A program made the translations under genes and the position numbers. A stretch of 64,000 nt of DNA, taken from assembly GCA_030141605.1 (NCBI GenBank), contig JAQGDQ010000177.1:248001-312000 (forward strand). The letters are read 5' to 3'. Source of the stretch: Tubiluchus corallicola (taxonomy: Eukaryota > Animalia > Priapulida). Below the pieces are notes generated by a model that saw nothing but the letters and a program-made list of their open reading frames with translations, had not been told where the DNA came from and searched no databases. Below are positions 1 to 13,590 of this stretch, one piece after another (the first letter of the stretch is position 1; each line of letters opens with the position of its first letter).

Positions 1-427
1 CCACTTTCCGGTCTCCACACAAAGATTATGGACTGATTTACGTATCCTTGCCCAGAAAATTCTGTGCTTTTCTACCACAAAGATACTCTTTACATTTCAT
101 GAGGTTCCTTTGAATTAGCTGATCTCCTCAATCTTTCAAGTGCAACTCTTTATCTTGTCACGCAGTTGATATGCTATTTTTCAAGGACTTGAGACCCAAA
201 CAAATTGTATTGGCAGTTTTGAACAATTAAGGGCTTTCAATCCAGTTCATGGAGTTCATGAAAAATCTAGATGACTACATGGTGCGCATGCTCATACAAC
301 AGTGTTGTGTTAGACACAAACTGATTGGGCAAACTTAGCAGAGAAAGTGAAGGAAACCCCTTTTTAGCAGTAATTTTCACGTGGTGGTATTTTCAACTTT
401 TGGAATGACAATTACTTACATTTTTTA

Positions 428-982
428 TTAAAGAAATAACGGATGATTGTATAAACATGAGTTCAAAATAAAGAATGCTCTAAAATATCGCAAACTACAA
501 TACCTTGTTTAAATCAAAGCTTATATTAAATAATAAATTCCTCAGATACTCAATATTTTTCAAAGTTTCAAAGCTTCGCGAAGCGGCTCAGTGAATCTAC
601 TAAGATTGGCAGCGGCGCCTTTTTGTCACATTCGCGTAGCCGACAAATAGAAAGCGGTACCGTGATAACCATGATCATGAACTGCTGTGTTAGTTTCTGA
701 TGTCATATGATACAGAGCCCATTTTCGTGACATCACGCGTTAAAGCTGTACTGTAACACTTGCGCAAACGTGCTTGCTGCGCATGGGAAGACGCCTGCCA
801 TTGCACAAACCGTTTCGATGTAAGCAGTAGCTGTGCTTGGTTGCCATTAATGAACTTTCTAAGCTAACTATTAAAATATAAGAAATAATTGCTAACTTAT
901 ATAGGCAAGAAAATGAATATTATGGACAGTAAATTAAAATGAGTTTGAAGGAGTCTAAACAATTGTCCGGTTTTCCTTTTAA
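428..982. mobile_element. Kolobok-like non-autonomous DNA transposon, family A, copy 1
   Basis: TTAA at both ends; the right terminal inverted repeat (TIR) is caattgtccggttttcc; colinear with 32049-32571. Confidence 0.7.
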
Positions 983-1164
983 GAAAATTAACATTAACAA
1001 TAAACTTTGCTTTTAATACGAATAACTGTCTCTGTACAATGCTTGGAATGCTGTTTTGAAATGTGAATTTTTTTCTTTATCATGGATCTCTTCCTACAGT
1101 TTTTGAGCTAGGTCACAATTTTTGGTATGTGGCTAGGTTGTGTTGAGTTGTTGTGCATGGCTGT

Positions 1165-1830
1165 ATATGAGCTATTTGCGGTAGGGGGCAAAAACCAAAA
1201 TCGATGGGGTTGGGGACACCAATGCTTCAAGTTGCGAGTAAGAGTCCCGTGTAATGTACCAAAAAAGGCATCGATGAGACGAATTGAATGGTATAAGTTT
1301 TGCTGATTTTGGTTGACCCCTGACCCCGCTAGGGGATAAAAACCGAAATCATTGTTTGGGACACTAATGCTTCCAGTGTCAAGTAGCTTGTAGAATGTCA
1401 AATGAAAGGTTTTGATGAGCAGCATGAAATAGTATGAGTTATGCTCAAGTTGGTTGACTCTTGACCCGCTAGGGGGCAAAAACCAAAATTGAGGGTCATG
1501 TAGTAAATAGTTTGTAGTGTCCAGCAGCAACAGGTTGTAATATATCAAAATGGAAGGTATCGATGAGACTAATTGAGCGGTATAACTCGTGTCTGCAATT
1601 GTTGACCCTTGATCCTGAGGTCACAATAAAAGAGGTTCCAGATTTAAAGTTTTCTAACACATATAATGAAAGGTCTCGGTGAGATGAATTGAATGGTATG
1701 ACCTAAGCCTAGGCTGGTCAAGCACTGACAGACTAGTGGACTATGACTGAAATTGTCTGGCAGTAATCCTTCTTATGTAGAGCAGCAGTATGTTGTAGTA
1801 CGTTAAATGAAATGTCTTGATGAATGGTGT
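1165..1830. repeat. Diverged 140-150 bp subrepeat array, probably inside a non-autonomous element (Helitron-like)
   Basis: Recurrent agggggcaaaaaccaaaat (about 1183, 1331, 1471) and aaatgaaaggt..tgatgag blocks. Confidence 0.55.
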
Positions 1831-2249
1831 ATCTTTACCTGTCTATGGTTCAGCCTTAAGCCACTGGTCACTGGTCAAAATGCGACAAGCTCTGATTTCA
1901 TTGAAACTGTTAATCGAGTCAAATACAACCGCACTTACGTGCATTTAACAGAATACAGATTTGTTAATTAAATAATTACTCAAATTATTATTTATTGAAG
2001 TGTTTGATATTGTATTTTTTGATATGTGGAATAAAAATTCATAGTCCATAGTTTATAGTTCACTTTAAATGGATCTGTGATTTAACATACTTCTTGGTCG
2101 ATACGATAATGACTCATTGTGGCTATATCGATACGATAGCGCTAGTAAATTTTCCGCATAGATTCGAAAACGTATACAATTTGTATCAATAATTATTGCT
2201 TAACAGCACCACTATGATGGTACAGACACGATAAAGACATGGTCGTCTT

Positions 2250-2610
2250 CTTTGCATCAGAAGCAACAATTTAGTACGAAACTTTTCATTCTGTAGCACC
2301 TTGTCAAAAAACCATCTTTATCGGTCATTGTACCTCTTTCTACTGAGCAGCATTTTGGCACATGTATTACATGGATAGTCTTAAAAATTGAAAGTCTCGT
2401 ACAACAAAGGTGTACGTATATTATTTAGCCTACCATATGAATGCTCTGCTAGAAGTATGTGTGTGAATCTTGACATACCATTGTTACGTAAAGCTGCTCA
2501 TTCTCTTAGAAGTAGAGTCTTAATTTGTAGCCATGTTCTTCTGAGTGGTCCTATAAATAGTGACTGTTTGTTTTATTCAAAACTATATAACAAATGGTTA
2601 TATCTATTAT
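2250..2610 (+). mobile_element. Decayed LINE ORF2 C-terminal fragment
   Basis: LKVSYNKGVRILFSLPYECSARSMCVNLDIP; homologous to 18690-18780 and 19090-19290, which follow an RT fragment. Confidence 0.65.
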
Positions 2611-4067
2611 TTGTAAATTCTAAGAAAATAGTAATTGTGTTATTGTAATTTTTGGTAATTATTGTATGGTATATTAAATGTTATTGTATCGTATTGTATA
2701 CTAACTGTTGTTATATGAGCAATGCTTGCAATGAAAGCTTTCATACTTAGTACTGTACGGTAAAACTGATCAAGGCATTGGAATAAAAAAATGAAAATTT
2801 ATAGAGAAGCCTGGTTTTTTGTTTTTTAGATGTCTGAAACATCAGATGAAAATGCAAGCGGAATTTGGCGCTCCGTATGAATGGAGCTTAACATCAATTC
2901 ATGTTCCACCAATTTTGTATAGGCAAAAACAGAAGACTTAGGAGAATGGCTGTGAGCAATTTTTTTGCCTGTAGTTTCTGGATAGTCAATCGTGTCACAT
3001 CATTTATCGCCTCTTTTTGAACATTATACATAATAGTGGTCAAATATTACTATATAAATAAATAATAATGATAATGATAATAATTACCCATCAATTACCA
3101 TCTTGCACAAACACATACAAATACGTAATTGGGTGTCTTTATTTTTTATGAAAATGCGGAAATTCTTAATGCATTTTGCTGGAAAAAATAGTTTACTTAA
3201 ATTGAATTCAGTTAAACTACAATTTGGCCTAAAAAGCTCTGATGACAGCAAAGCATAAAAACAATTAGGTTAATTAGTCATTGAAGCATTTCAGCTTTTA
3301 CACAATATTCGTTAATTTTGTTACAATGAGTAATTGCAGACAAAAACAACGAACGGATTCATTAAGATTGATTCTTAAGCTTTATAATAATCACATTTTT
3401 ATGCCAAGATCTTTTTTGGGCTCTCTGTGTAAATTCAAGTAAAACTTTCTGCTTTCTGTATAAATTTATCACGTGCTTTATACTGTTTTGTACAGCAAAC
3501 AAAACATTTTCCTTGGGGTATTGCGGATTTTTCTCAAATAGTTAAATTATCTGAGTTTTTAAACAAAAACCGCCAACATATTGAAATAGCTAAACAAATA
3601 TCCAATTACAGTAATACAAATACTGAACATGGTTTTTATGCGCTAATGATTTTTGTAAAAAAAACTGTCTAAAATTTCAAGCGAATGTAGCTAAAAATGG
3701 CACAGGAAAAAATAGTACAAGAAAAAATGGCACAAATGGAAAAGTAGGTAAAAATGGCACAGTAAAAAATGACACACATAGTAATATACGCGGTTAGGGT
3801 TAGGATTACAGTGGGAGATAATTATTTTAGTTATTCTACCTCTGCCCAGGAAGATATGCTTTAACGCGGTTTGTTTGTTTGTTTTACCATTGCTATGGCG
3901 ACCGAGTGATTTTGTTTGACTGCCATCTAGAGACAAGTTAAAAAACGTTGCAAGTACGTAATTGCACTTTTTGCAGAACTATGAAATTCTATAATTACTT
4001 GAGCGCTTCTAAAATCTTTTCAATCTAGAATGTTTTCTTTCATATAGATTTGTGTATACTAGACAGC

Positions 4068-4595
4068 TTAGTGACAAGAGATTCATTAATTGGTTGGCCG
4101 ACAGAGCCTGTAAGAAGTTGCGCATGAAGCTTGAAAACGCAGGTGCTTTAGATGGCTTATTTTCTGGAATACTCCTGAGTGCATCAGCCACCCGAGTTTA
4201 TCAGTGCAACAGGGATTATTGTAAACCAACATAATAACTTTGTTTATTTAATGTAGATGCTCTGACTGTGGTTAGGTGAGCATAAAATGTCGCAGAGCTA
4301 TTGTGTTCATGTTTGCCAGCTTAGTAAGAAGCCTCAGTATTAACTGTGTGTTGGCCTTTGGGTGGAATACTTCGTGTGATATATAATTTCAGAGATAGTT
4401 ATTATTTTCCTGCCTAGAAATAATAGTTGTGAATACTTGGGTTTCTTCATAATGACAACGATGTGACGCATCTTTATCGCAAACAGGCAAGTTATATTTA
4501 AATTAAACAAAGTGATTTGTTTAGGTAAACACACGTCTCAGTTTTATCATTTTAAGGTGTCAAATACTTTTTATTATTCTTCAGTATAAGAATTA
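4068..4595. repeat. Dispersed repeat, family C (other copy 38275-38820, partial copy 39800-39860)
   Basis: Long colinear similarity, e.g. gatgtgacgcatctttatc.caaacaggcaagttat.tttaaattaaacaaagtgatttgttta. Confidence 0.8.
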
Positions 4596-4658
4596 TTGCT
4601 TTTAATTGTTCAACGAAATTTGACATGGAGAATTCTTGACACATAAAATGCAGAAGTC

Positions 4659-4932
4659 AAGAAGTAGATGTGAGATTGGAGTAACTTAATTTTGTTAGGT
4701 ACAAAATCTGTAAAGTTATAGTTTCTCAAGAAGTAGATGTGAGATTGGAGTAACTTAATTTTGTTAGGTACAAAATTTGTAAAATTATGGTTTATGAAGA
4801 AGTAGATGTGAGATTGGAGTAACTTAATTTTGTTAGGTACAAAATCTGTAAAGTTATGGTTTCTCAAGAAGTAGATGTGAGATTGGAGTAACTTAATTTT
4901 GTTAGGTACAAAATCTGTAAAATTATGGTTTC
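4659..4932. repeat. Minisatellite, 69-bp unit, 4 copies
   Basis: Units start at 4659, 4728, 4797 and 4866 (aagaagtagatgtgagattggagtaac...). Confidence 0.95.
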
Positions 4933-5544
4933 GGGTGTCACTATTACGTTCGCCGCTTCACCAGGATCGTCAAGCACAAGAACCTATGGTAACAATCAGA
5001 GAAATACAAAATATGTACATCTTAGGCCTGCTAATAGCAGAGCTTTTTATACCTGATATTTCTTGATACGAGCGTATCTCATTCAGTTAGTTACCACTTT
5101 ATAAAGCGTGATGTATTTCCAATTGTGTGTGCATCAGCGTGTGTGTGTGCGTGCGTGCGTGTATAGGTGTGTGCATTATTTGGATTTACTTATTTTACAA
5201 CGTAATTTACTGGGGCATTCAGGCGATATTGCAAATGGACATGTTTAATAAAGTTCATGCATATAACACGTACTGTTGCGTGCGTGTTGCTTGTAGAGAA
5301 TGAAGACTGGTAATATAATAATAACAAATACATCTCGTTGATGGCTGTTTCATATTTGTAGCTGTAAAGGAGTTGAATTAAGGGCAAAAATGTGTAGTGA
5401 TGGTACATTCTAAATAGGATACAAATGCAGACAGGATCAAGCGAATAACGCAAGTAAGTCAACAAATACTAAACACAAACATTATTAAACATTTCCACGA
5501 GGAAGTAGTGAATCTCAAATTAGCGTAAATTGGTTCGTATTAAT

Positions 5545-5720
5545 TTATGCCATTTATTTTCGACCACCCTCTACACTGTGATGGTTCGATCCATTACGAA
5601 GCCATTTCATATCAGCACTGCATAGCAGCTATAAGCTATAAGTACGTGGGGTATGGAATTGCCTCAACGGTTCAGTTGGCAGACGGACAGGTGCGTTTAC
5701 TACATAAGCACCTGTTCCAC
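5545..5720. repeat. Dispersed repeat with hairpin (other copy 19794-19908)
   Basis: Shared tgccatttattttc, tgtgatggttcgat and gacggacaggtg...agcacctgttcc. Confidence 0.7.
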
Positions 5721-6126
5721 AATTATGATCAGCATGAGGAATGCAGGAAAAGATTCTGGCTAATTCTCACTTTAATTTTACATTTTAACTTTTTACGTTT
5801 TTCAACAACACCATCCACAATATGGTTTGACTGATCCAAATTTGAACCCTGGACCTCTTGGCCGCCTCCGCATCGTGTAACATGGTGTTAAAGGCTATGA
5901 GATTTTCCGGGTTTTTTAACAACTTACTCTTTCTAGTTTGATAGTAAATTCATGTTGACTTCAAATATGAAAAGATTCAAGTAAAAACGACGCTATATTT
6001 TTTCTTTTTCCAACTCTATACATAAATTTTTGCAATTACATTTTCATGGCAAACTTCATTAAGCAGAACAATTGTCTTTGACAAACCAGAAGCATTCTAA
6101 AAAATACTCCAAAGTGAAAGACTGTA

Positions 6127-6482
6127 CAGGGTAGTTGACAAGACTGGTTAACTAGATTTGTTCTAATGTAATCAGTGGTTGTCAAAGTTTTTTTAACTCA
6201 TTTAATACACCTCTACATGGGCACCATTTAAGGCACCATTAGTTGCACGAAGCACATCAAGACGGTACTCGATTTCTTGCCATGCCGATTTTGTCTCACT
6301 AAACCATGATATACACTGTGCCTTCTCTTGAGGGGTACCCATTTTTGGCTCTTACAGTTAACAATACCCTTCGACCAACAGGAGACCTACATAAAACGCA
6401 AAATTTCAATGTGATCTCAAACTTAAATAAACACTGAATAAAACAAAACAAATCTGTTAAGATATCTTGTCAACTCCCTTTG
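6127..6482. mobile_element. Old Tc1/mariner-type MITE
   Basis: TA-cagggtagttgacaag ... cttgtcaactccctttg-TA; imperfect TIRs. Confidence 0.45.
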
Positions 6483-6739
6483 TAATAAATTTTAAAAATT
6501 GTAAAGAGACTTTATAGACACCCTGTATTTATACATATTTTGTTAACTGCAGAATTCTTATTCCGTCTCCAATTTTCAGAAACGTTGACTAGTTCATTAT
6601 GCTCAAATAAGGATATTTACTTCGCACTTTGATCAAGTTTTAAACAGAAGACATCTAGTCCCTGTGGACACTTGTATTGAGAGATATAGAGCAAGCTATT
6701 GTGCAGTTAGCAGTTTTCGTGAGCACGCTGTACTTTATT

Positions 6740-6950
6740 AGAAATATAAAAAATTTAGACAAAGTAAACTATTACAAACTGCTTCAATTATTATTACTAG
6801 GAAATATAAAATTCTTATTCAGATATGTATACTAATTAGCAAATAGCGTGAAACAATTGCGAGTCAAAACATTTTTCATCTGCAAATGAAATGAGACAGG
6901 GTGCAGTTCTCTCACCACTGTTGTTTGGTATATAGGTGGGTCAATTTATA
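6740..6950 (+). mobile_element. Highly decayed LINE reverse transcriptase fragment
   Basis: Remnants LDKVNYYKLL and MRQGAVLSPLLF. Confidence 0.55.
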
Positions 6951-8039
6951 AAAGAAAAGAACTGCTTGTATAAGAAGTATTAAGCATTGCAGATAAAAGC
7001 AATTTCTCTCATCTGTGTTTTCTAGTTCCTAATTTCAATCATCACAGACTACGGTAACTAATTGTGAAAGATATGCAAAAGACTATGACAGATACTTTGT
7101 TAACGTTCAAAGGAGTAAAGTCGAAAATAAATGCAAAGTTTTTTATTCATCTAATAATAAGTCGCTTATTTTAAAGTTTAAATCAGAAAAGTATTCTAGA
7201 TGTGAAACCACTAACTCGGTTGGTGATGGGGAAATTGAATTCTTAAGATATTAAAATTTGCTGTTCATAATTTGGACTTATGGTTCTCAATATTAATTTT
7301 TATACGTTACATTTTCATTAAGTATATTTGTGTGATGATGACCGTGTCATGGTAGAAATGTTGCAGATGAATGTGTTGGAATAAACAGTCACATCTTTGG
7401 TTAAGCCAGTGCTTTCAGTTGTTTTTACACTAAGTTGGTGTACCAATACTAAGTATCTTGGCAACACGCTATTTACACATTGTATGAGTGATGAAGAAAT
7501 TATTTGTAAACGAGACATTTTTTCTATAGAGCCAATAATATTGTACTGAACGCCCCTTTCACGCGAAATGTAAGTTCCTGTTGAAGCCAAGTTATACATC
7601 TGGCCTGTATAAAAGCGGTCGTCTCTGCTGTTTCACTGGTCGGTCCAGTTAGATTAATCCACGACGGTGTTAATTCTATTTCATCATTATTTTTGAATGT
7701 ACTTCATGTAATTTGCCAATAAAGATATTTCTCACACACCAATCTGTTGTTTCGTGGATGGATGTCAGGAGAGTTATAGACTGCTTGGCCTCCGCATGTG
7801 CTGGTACCGAACCAACCTGGATAGTTTTAGCCCTTGTCGGCAAGGTGCTGCCTACAGTTCAATATTATTAGCAATTTTCTAATCTCAAAAGAAAAGTTAA
7901 TACATGCTTTCTAAGACTAAACAGAAAATCTGCAAATGACATGCTCTATACTGTTTGGAATGTATGGATTAGAAAAATATTAAATTTACTACGAACGACT
8001 CACTGGTATCCATTGGAGAAATTTGCGTAATCAATTTAG

Positions 8040-8320
8040 ATTTAGATTTATTTATTCTCCATTTAGCATATATAAAAATAAAAGTTATAGCGCAGCAGAA
8101 GAAATTAACTTATGAGCTAAGCTCAACATGGATAAGACTAAATTAATTATATTAACAACAACTAAAAAATATGTTAAATGAATCGAAATAGATGCGAGAA
8201 AAAGATAACGACGATGTTAATGATGTTGATGATAATGATGACAACGATTGTGATATTAATGCTGATGACAATGGTGATGGTGATGACAATGATAATGAAT
8301 TGTTGCTGATGGTGATACTG
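8040..8320. repeat. Dispersed repeat with a GAT/GAC-rich tract (other copy 39110-39440)
   Basis: Shared agcgcagcagaagaaatt.acttatgagctaagct and gatgcgagaaaa..gacgatg.. tract. Confidence 0.8.
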
Positions 8321-10825
8321 GTCACAGCGAAGCGAGAAACTGAGAGGCATTTTACAAAACTGCAAGCAGCGAGAATGAAAACATTGGCTAATTTCTTGCT
8401 AGACGTGCTCAAGACGAAGTTATTCTAGTACTGGGCTTTAATTTGCAGCATATTAAGCATAAATATAGCAATAATTAAACAAACTCATGCGGAAGCTGCA
8501 TAAATGCACACGTTTTTAATCTCAGTGAGCCAAAAAAAGCTGCAGTTTTAATGATGCAAGGAAAAACCAAGATTTTCGGGAAGTTAGGCTTATTATAATG
8601 TTCACAAAAACGTTAGAAAGATTTAGCAATAGAAGTTCACTAAGTGTGAAGTATATTTCCTCACTTCAGTATAATGAGCCAATTTGACATGTTGCCAAGT
8701 GGTGATGAAAGGACAGTCCTGCAGTTAACAATAAAAATGTATTAATATAATTGTCATTTCATCATATAAGTCTTTCGCTTTGAAGATTTTTTTTTAATAG
8801 TTACTGTTTATCGAGGCAATATTTTGTTCTACATAGTGAACAAGCATTATTGGCTCGTGTAATTAATCAAATCACTTTAAAGTCGTGATGATTTCACACC
8901 ATTTTGAATGCTAATTTTTTTAGCCAAAAACATTCTATCAAATACTTATTAAGTTTTTAGAAAAAAATGTTACTAGTTAATTTTGTGACACTTCTGTAAG
9001 TGTTGAATCATATGATATTACACTGCTTAGCAATCATTAATAATTTACCACATATCTTTGCGGTGTGAATAATACCATATTTTTTCGTTTTTGTATGAAT
9101 AAATTTGCATACATATTGTATGTTTGAATTACTGTAGTTTTTCTTTACTGATACTTACTGAATACCACGAGCTTCATCTAAATGGCAATGTAATTGGTGG
9201 CAATATTCACTGGGGCTGTAAACTTCGACAAGCTTGTGTTGCCCCCCCCCCCAGTCTTCTGCAAGAACTCCTCCAAATGACTCTTGAAAGTATTTACACT
9301 GGTAGAGTTTTTTATTTCCTCTGTTAGCCGTATGCTTGCAATATGTATGCAAATTTATTCATTCAAAATTCAAAAGATATGACATTATTCATGCCATAAA
9401 GATATGTGGTAAATTACTGGTGCTACGCAGTGTAATACCTATTCTGTATTTGGTAATTATCTTTAAAGGAAAAGACACGTTATTTAGCATGTTTGGTTTA
9501 TTTTACTACTATCACTTCAAATTAGAAAAATGCAAAAAATATTTATAAAGCATAAAGTTTTTTACTGACTGATTAGCTGTGTTTTTGTTTGGTTTGCTTT
9601 ACTATAATCAACTAATTATACTAACTCGATTAAGTGCTTTGTATACTGAAATATACAGTGTCTTATTCAAAATAAAAAGTATATAATTAAACTTTTTTCA
9701 AGCATCATCATACACAAATCAAATAATCATCAATTACATTAACACATTTACAATTTTTACTCAAACTTTAGTATAAAATTTCGTACATTTATGGGCTGGT
9801 TTTCACACGATGGTAAAAACTTACAAAGTAAACTTACTTCGCTAGTTATGTATATTTACCAAGGCAATATTTCCATTTGTTTTGTAAATAGAGAGAAAAG
9901 GTGTATTGTCATACACTGGCTAATTCGAACAATGAACTTCAGGCTTTACTAAAAATTACAAAGCAATTTCGGCATTGTTTTTCGTCTTTCTGTTAATGAA
10001 GGGGATTGGGATTTATGATGTTTTGTTATTTCTAGTAAAGCCTTATCTCACTGCCCAACATTAGCCAGCTTAAGACATTAGCCTATTTACCCTAAATAAT
10101 GAAGAAATTATCGGTAACGAATTTTCATATAAATGTAAACGGCACTTAATTATTTCCTCTCACACAATGAGCAGTAAGGTGTGGTGAAAATAACTTTTTT
10201 ATCCAATCTTTTTACAACTTTTCCTACTTTGGAGGTTTGATGAGATACTAATATGGGTAAATTTTCAGCTACACTATGGGAACACGTGTCTCCAATCATC
10301 TTAACATTTCAGAATTATGTTCATTTGTGTAGTAATTTGACAAATCTTAAAAACTATTATATCCACTCCACTGACTTAGCAATTTTCAACAGTAGTTTGC
10401 AATTGAAAAATTAAAACCGGGATTACAAAACATTTTATTTCTTTTTATCTAATACTACGAAAAAAGTACTCGTGACGTCAAAGATAACATCAAATTGGTG
10501 CTAACTTTTAAATAAAAACAAAAATCATTCTATAAAATATAATGTTTGATGATTTTTATTGAATAAGCTCCTCTTTTATTTATAGTAGTAATGAATAGGT
10601 AATTTCAAAAAAACACATAATCTTGCACCAACTAACTCATCGGCAACAACTATATGAATGCAGACTGAAACACATTTTGTTTGTATTTGTTAGTAAGTCT
10701 TTTTTTAAACATTAGTGCATTAGTGTAATTAGAGAATTGTGTTGTGCAAACAAATAAAATGTGCTTGAATAGTTGCTCTATTAATGACAAGTTACTACTA
10801 TTTGCAGAAGAAACACTGAAGTTAG

Positions 10826-11929
10826 ATGCGAATAATGGATTGGGCAAACGGTACCTATAATGGCAGCTCGATGAACAATATCTACAACATCAGCAGGAGG
10901 ATACATCGTCAAAACAGCAATGCTTTCCTAGTAGTTATGATACTGGCTAGTGTTATCAGCATGGTACTCAACACGATAGTGATCGTTACCATAAAAAGAT
11001 TCAAAGAACTCCACACAACCACAAACATCCTCCTAGTGGGCCTTGCAGCAACGGACATCTTCTTCGCAGTGGCAATGATTCGCTTACTCGTTTCACTACA
11101 TTTTGACCAACACCCATCCAGATTACACTGTTCAGTCAACTTCTTCACTAGCGGCTTCACCATCTTCAACAGTCAGAACATTATCAGCATGATAACCTTT
11201 GACAGATATCTTGCTATCATCAAACCAGCTGTTCACAAGTCCTTTATGACACGTCGACGTAGTTTTCAACTTCTACTAGCGTGCTGCATGTATGCATTAC
11301 TGATTGCAGTAATGTTAGTGGCACAAGGGCATAAGAACTGGTATCCGGGCTCACCCTGTATCATAGATTTTCTCATGTGGAGGTGGTTTTCTGTTTTCCT
11401 TGCTGTTCAGTTCTTAGCACTCTTTCTGCTAATTGGCATGGCATACGTGATTATAGTGCGATCTGTGCACAAGCAAAAGCGGACAATCGAAAACGCAGTG
11501 CACCGAAAACATTTCCGAATGCAGGTGAAAATCTCTCGAGTGGCTGCTGCTATCGTCATCACCACCATCATTTGTTATTCTCCTCACGTGATTTACACAA
11601 TCTGCATCCAAGTCACACAGTCACAGTATCATTATCTTCGACATTCTCGAGTCCTTGGTTTCATACTTAATGCATTTAGCAACCCGTTAGTGTACATGTT
11701 TCAAAGCGAGAGTTTTCGTTCCAGTTTCAAGAAGATGGTGCGTAGAACCCAAATTGGCGTGGCTGAGTCACAAGCGCAGTCGATGGAAATGAGAACTCCA
11801 GCTGCGTATTCTGGCATAAAACCCTCAGTATTACAATTACGACTTCCAGAAATGTCTTCTCACAAACACCCAACATTGCAACAACAAACCCTAGATTTAC
11901 CATCTTGTAAACAACCTCAAGCAATGTAG
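10826..11929 (+). CDS. Class A (rhodopsin-like) 7TM GPCR, orphan, intronless CDS, 367 aa
   Basis: Seven hydrophobic segments. Motifs: TM1 N (VLN), TM2 LAATD, Cys at the top of TM3, TFDRY, ECL2 Cys (SPCII), TM6 CYSP, TM7 NPLVY and helix 8 FRSSFKK. N-terminal sequons NGT, NGS, NIS. AATAAA at 12213-12218. Confidence 0.93.
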   Translation: MRIMDWANGTYNGSSMNNIYNISRRIHRQNSNAFLVVMILASVISMVLNTIVIVTIKRFKELHTTTNILLVGLAATDIFFAVAMIRLLVSLHFDQHPSRLHCSVNFFTSGFTIFNSQNIISMITFDRYLAIIKPAVHKSFMTRRRSFQLLLACCMYALLIAVMLVAQGHKNWYPGSPCIIDFLMWRWFSVFLAVQFLALFLLIGMAYVIIVRSVHKQKRTIENAVHRKHFRMQVKISRVAAAIVITTIICYSPHVIYTICIQVTQSQYHYLRHSRVLGFILNAFSNPLVYMFQSESFRSSFKKMVRRTQIGVAESQAQSMEMRTPAAYSGIKPSVLQLRLPEMSSHKHPTLQQQTLDLPSCKQPQAM

Positions 11930-13145
11930 TTACCAACCTCAACACATTTTTCTGAACAAAAGTTCTTTAACCTATAAGGTATTCTAGTGTTTTCTTATAA
12001 GCGACTCCAACATTGTAGCTGCAGGAATTACACGCATTTTCTTGTGTATATGTCACAGTTCCAATACACGCAGTTTAGATAATAGTAGAATAACATCATA
12101 CAGTTCATACTACTCCATATACTGTTCTTTGCAGGTTTGTCAATCGAAGGCTGATCCTTATAAGTTAATTTGCTATAAATAGATAAAGACTATTGAAAGA
12201 AACGTTTTTATTAATAAAGAAATAATTACTCAGCAATAACCACTCTGTTCACAGTGCTCTGCTTGCTTGGGTGCTGGTTGTCTACTTTACAACGTCCTTG
12301 CGTGACGTCATAGCCTACTGAGTGCCATGGCGGCCGATAATATTTGTTACAGTACCAACGGCGTTTACTTTAAGCTACCGTATCACATAAAAGTATGCAT
12401 CAGCATTGTTTTAAAAATTAGGAACTGTGTGATTCAGCCTACGCTATAAAAGGAAATAACGTAAAAAAATAGTGTCATCGGACCGTTAATGGCGCGTTCA
12501 GACGTAGACTTCTCTCGCAACCGTTGCGCAACTTCTCTCTGAGAGTAAAGTTGCAAATGTGGATGGACCGTGAGAATGGTTAGATGAAATTTTATGTATT
12601 ATGTTTTGACTACAACATTTTAGCAGTACTTCATTTCTCGCATGTACAATTTTGATGTAGTATCAATAATGACCTCTAGAAAGCATCAGGTTAAACACTT
12701 GTTTTTCGAAGCTTGTTCTCATTTTCTGGATTGTGTTAACAATTAGATGAAAAAATTTTAACGCTGTAGCATTTCCAAAGTCATTAGAATATTTGCAGAA
12801 TTATGTACTGCACACTATAACAGCAACAGCTTTAAGCAACAAGTTTGCTTTCACTTCGAAGAATAAAGTCTGTTTACCTGTATATTACATTTGCGTGCGT
12901 GTGCGAACAAATTTTTGTGCAAACATATAGCCATGCTCCCTACATATAACGATACTTCCTACATTCTGTGAAAAGCAGAAAGATCGGCACAAATATAATA
13001 TTTTCAATCACTATTGTCGCTAAGTTGTTCCATAATAGCTGAATTGCTGAGTAAGAAGAAAAATCAACACCCTTGCGCAACAAAAGTAAAGCTGTTTCAC
13101 CTGCAAACAGAGGCTTTTCGTACTATTTGTATAATAATAATGATT

Positions 13146-13340
13146 TATCATCATCATCATCATCATCATCATTATCATCATCGTCACCATCACCATCATC
13201 ATCATCATCATCATCATCATCAGTTTAGCGGATTTCATCATAGGGCGTGTTAAACAGAGCCCCATAAATGCCTATTATTGGGACCTTAATCAGTAATAGT
13301 AATGATAATGATAATGACAATGACAATGACAATGATAACG

Positions 13341-13377
<37 letters not shown>

Positions 13378-13590
13378 AGATAGATGTAACAATAATAGCA
13401 ACTGCAACATGCAACATCAGCAGCAACACAAAGAACAAAAAGAGCACAATTATAACAGTCTGAACAAGACTACAACAATGATGATGACGACGACGACGAA
13501 AACAACAACAACAACAACAGAAGCTGCAGCAGTGACAACAAATAACAGCAGTAGCAACAAAATACCAAGCAAGCTCTAGCAGCAACAACA
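13146..13590. repeat. Trinucleotide microsatellite cluster (CAT)n, (AAT)n, (ACA)n
   Basis: Direct inspection. Confidence 0.95.

Noticed and set aside
8152-8428. Asp/Asn-rich ORF
   Set aside because: Part of a dispersed low-complexity repeat also present at 39110-39440.
10826-11929. Opsin or biogenic-amine receptor assignment
   Set aside because: No TM7 retinal-binding Lys and no TM3 Asp.
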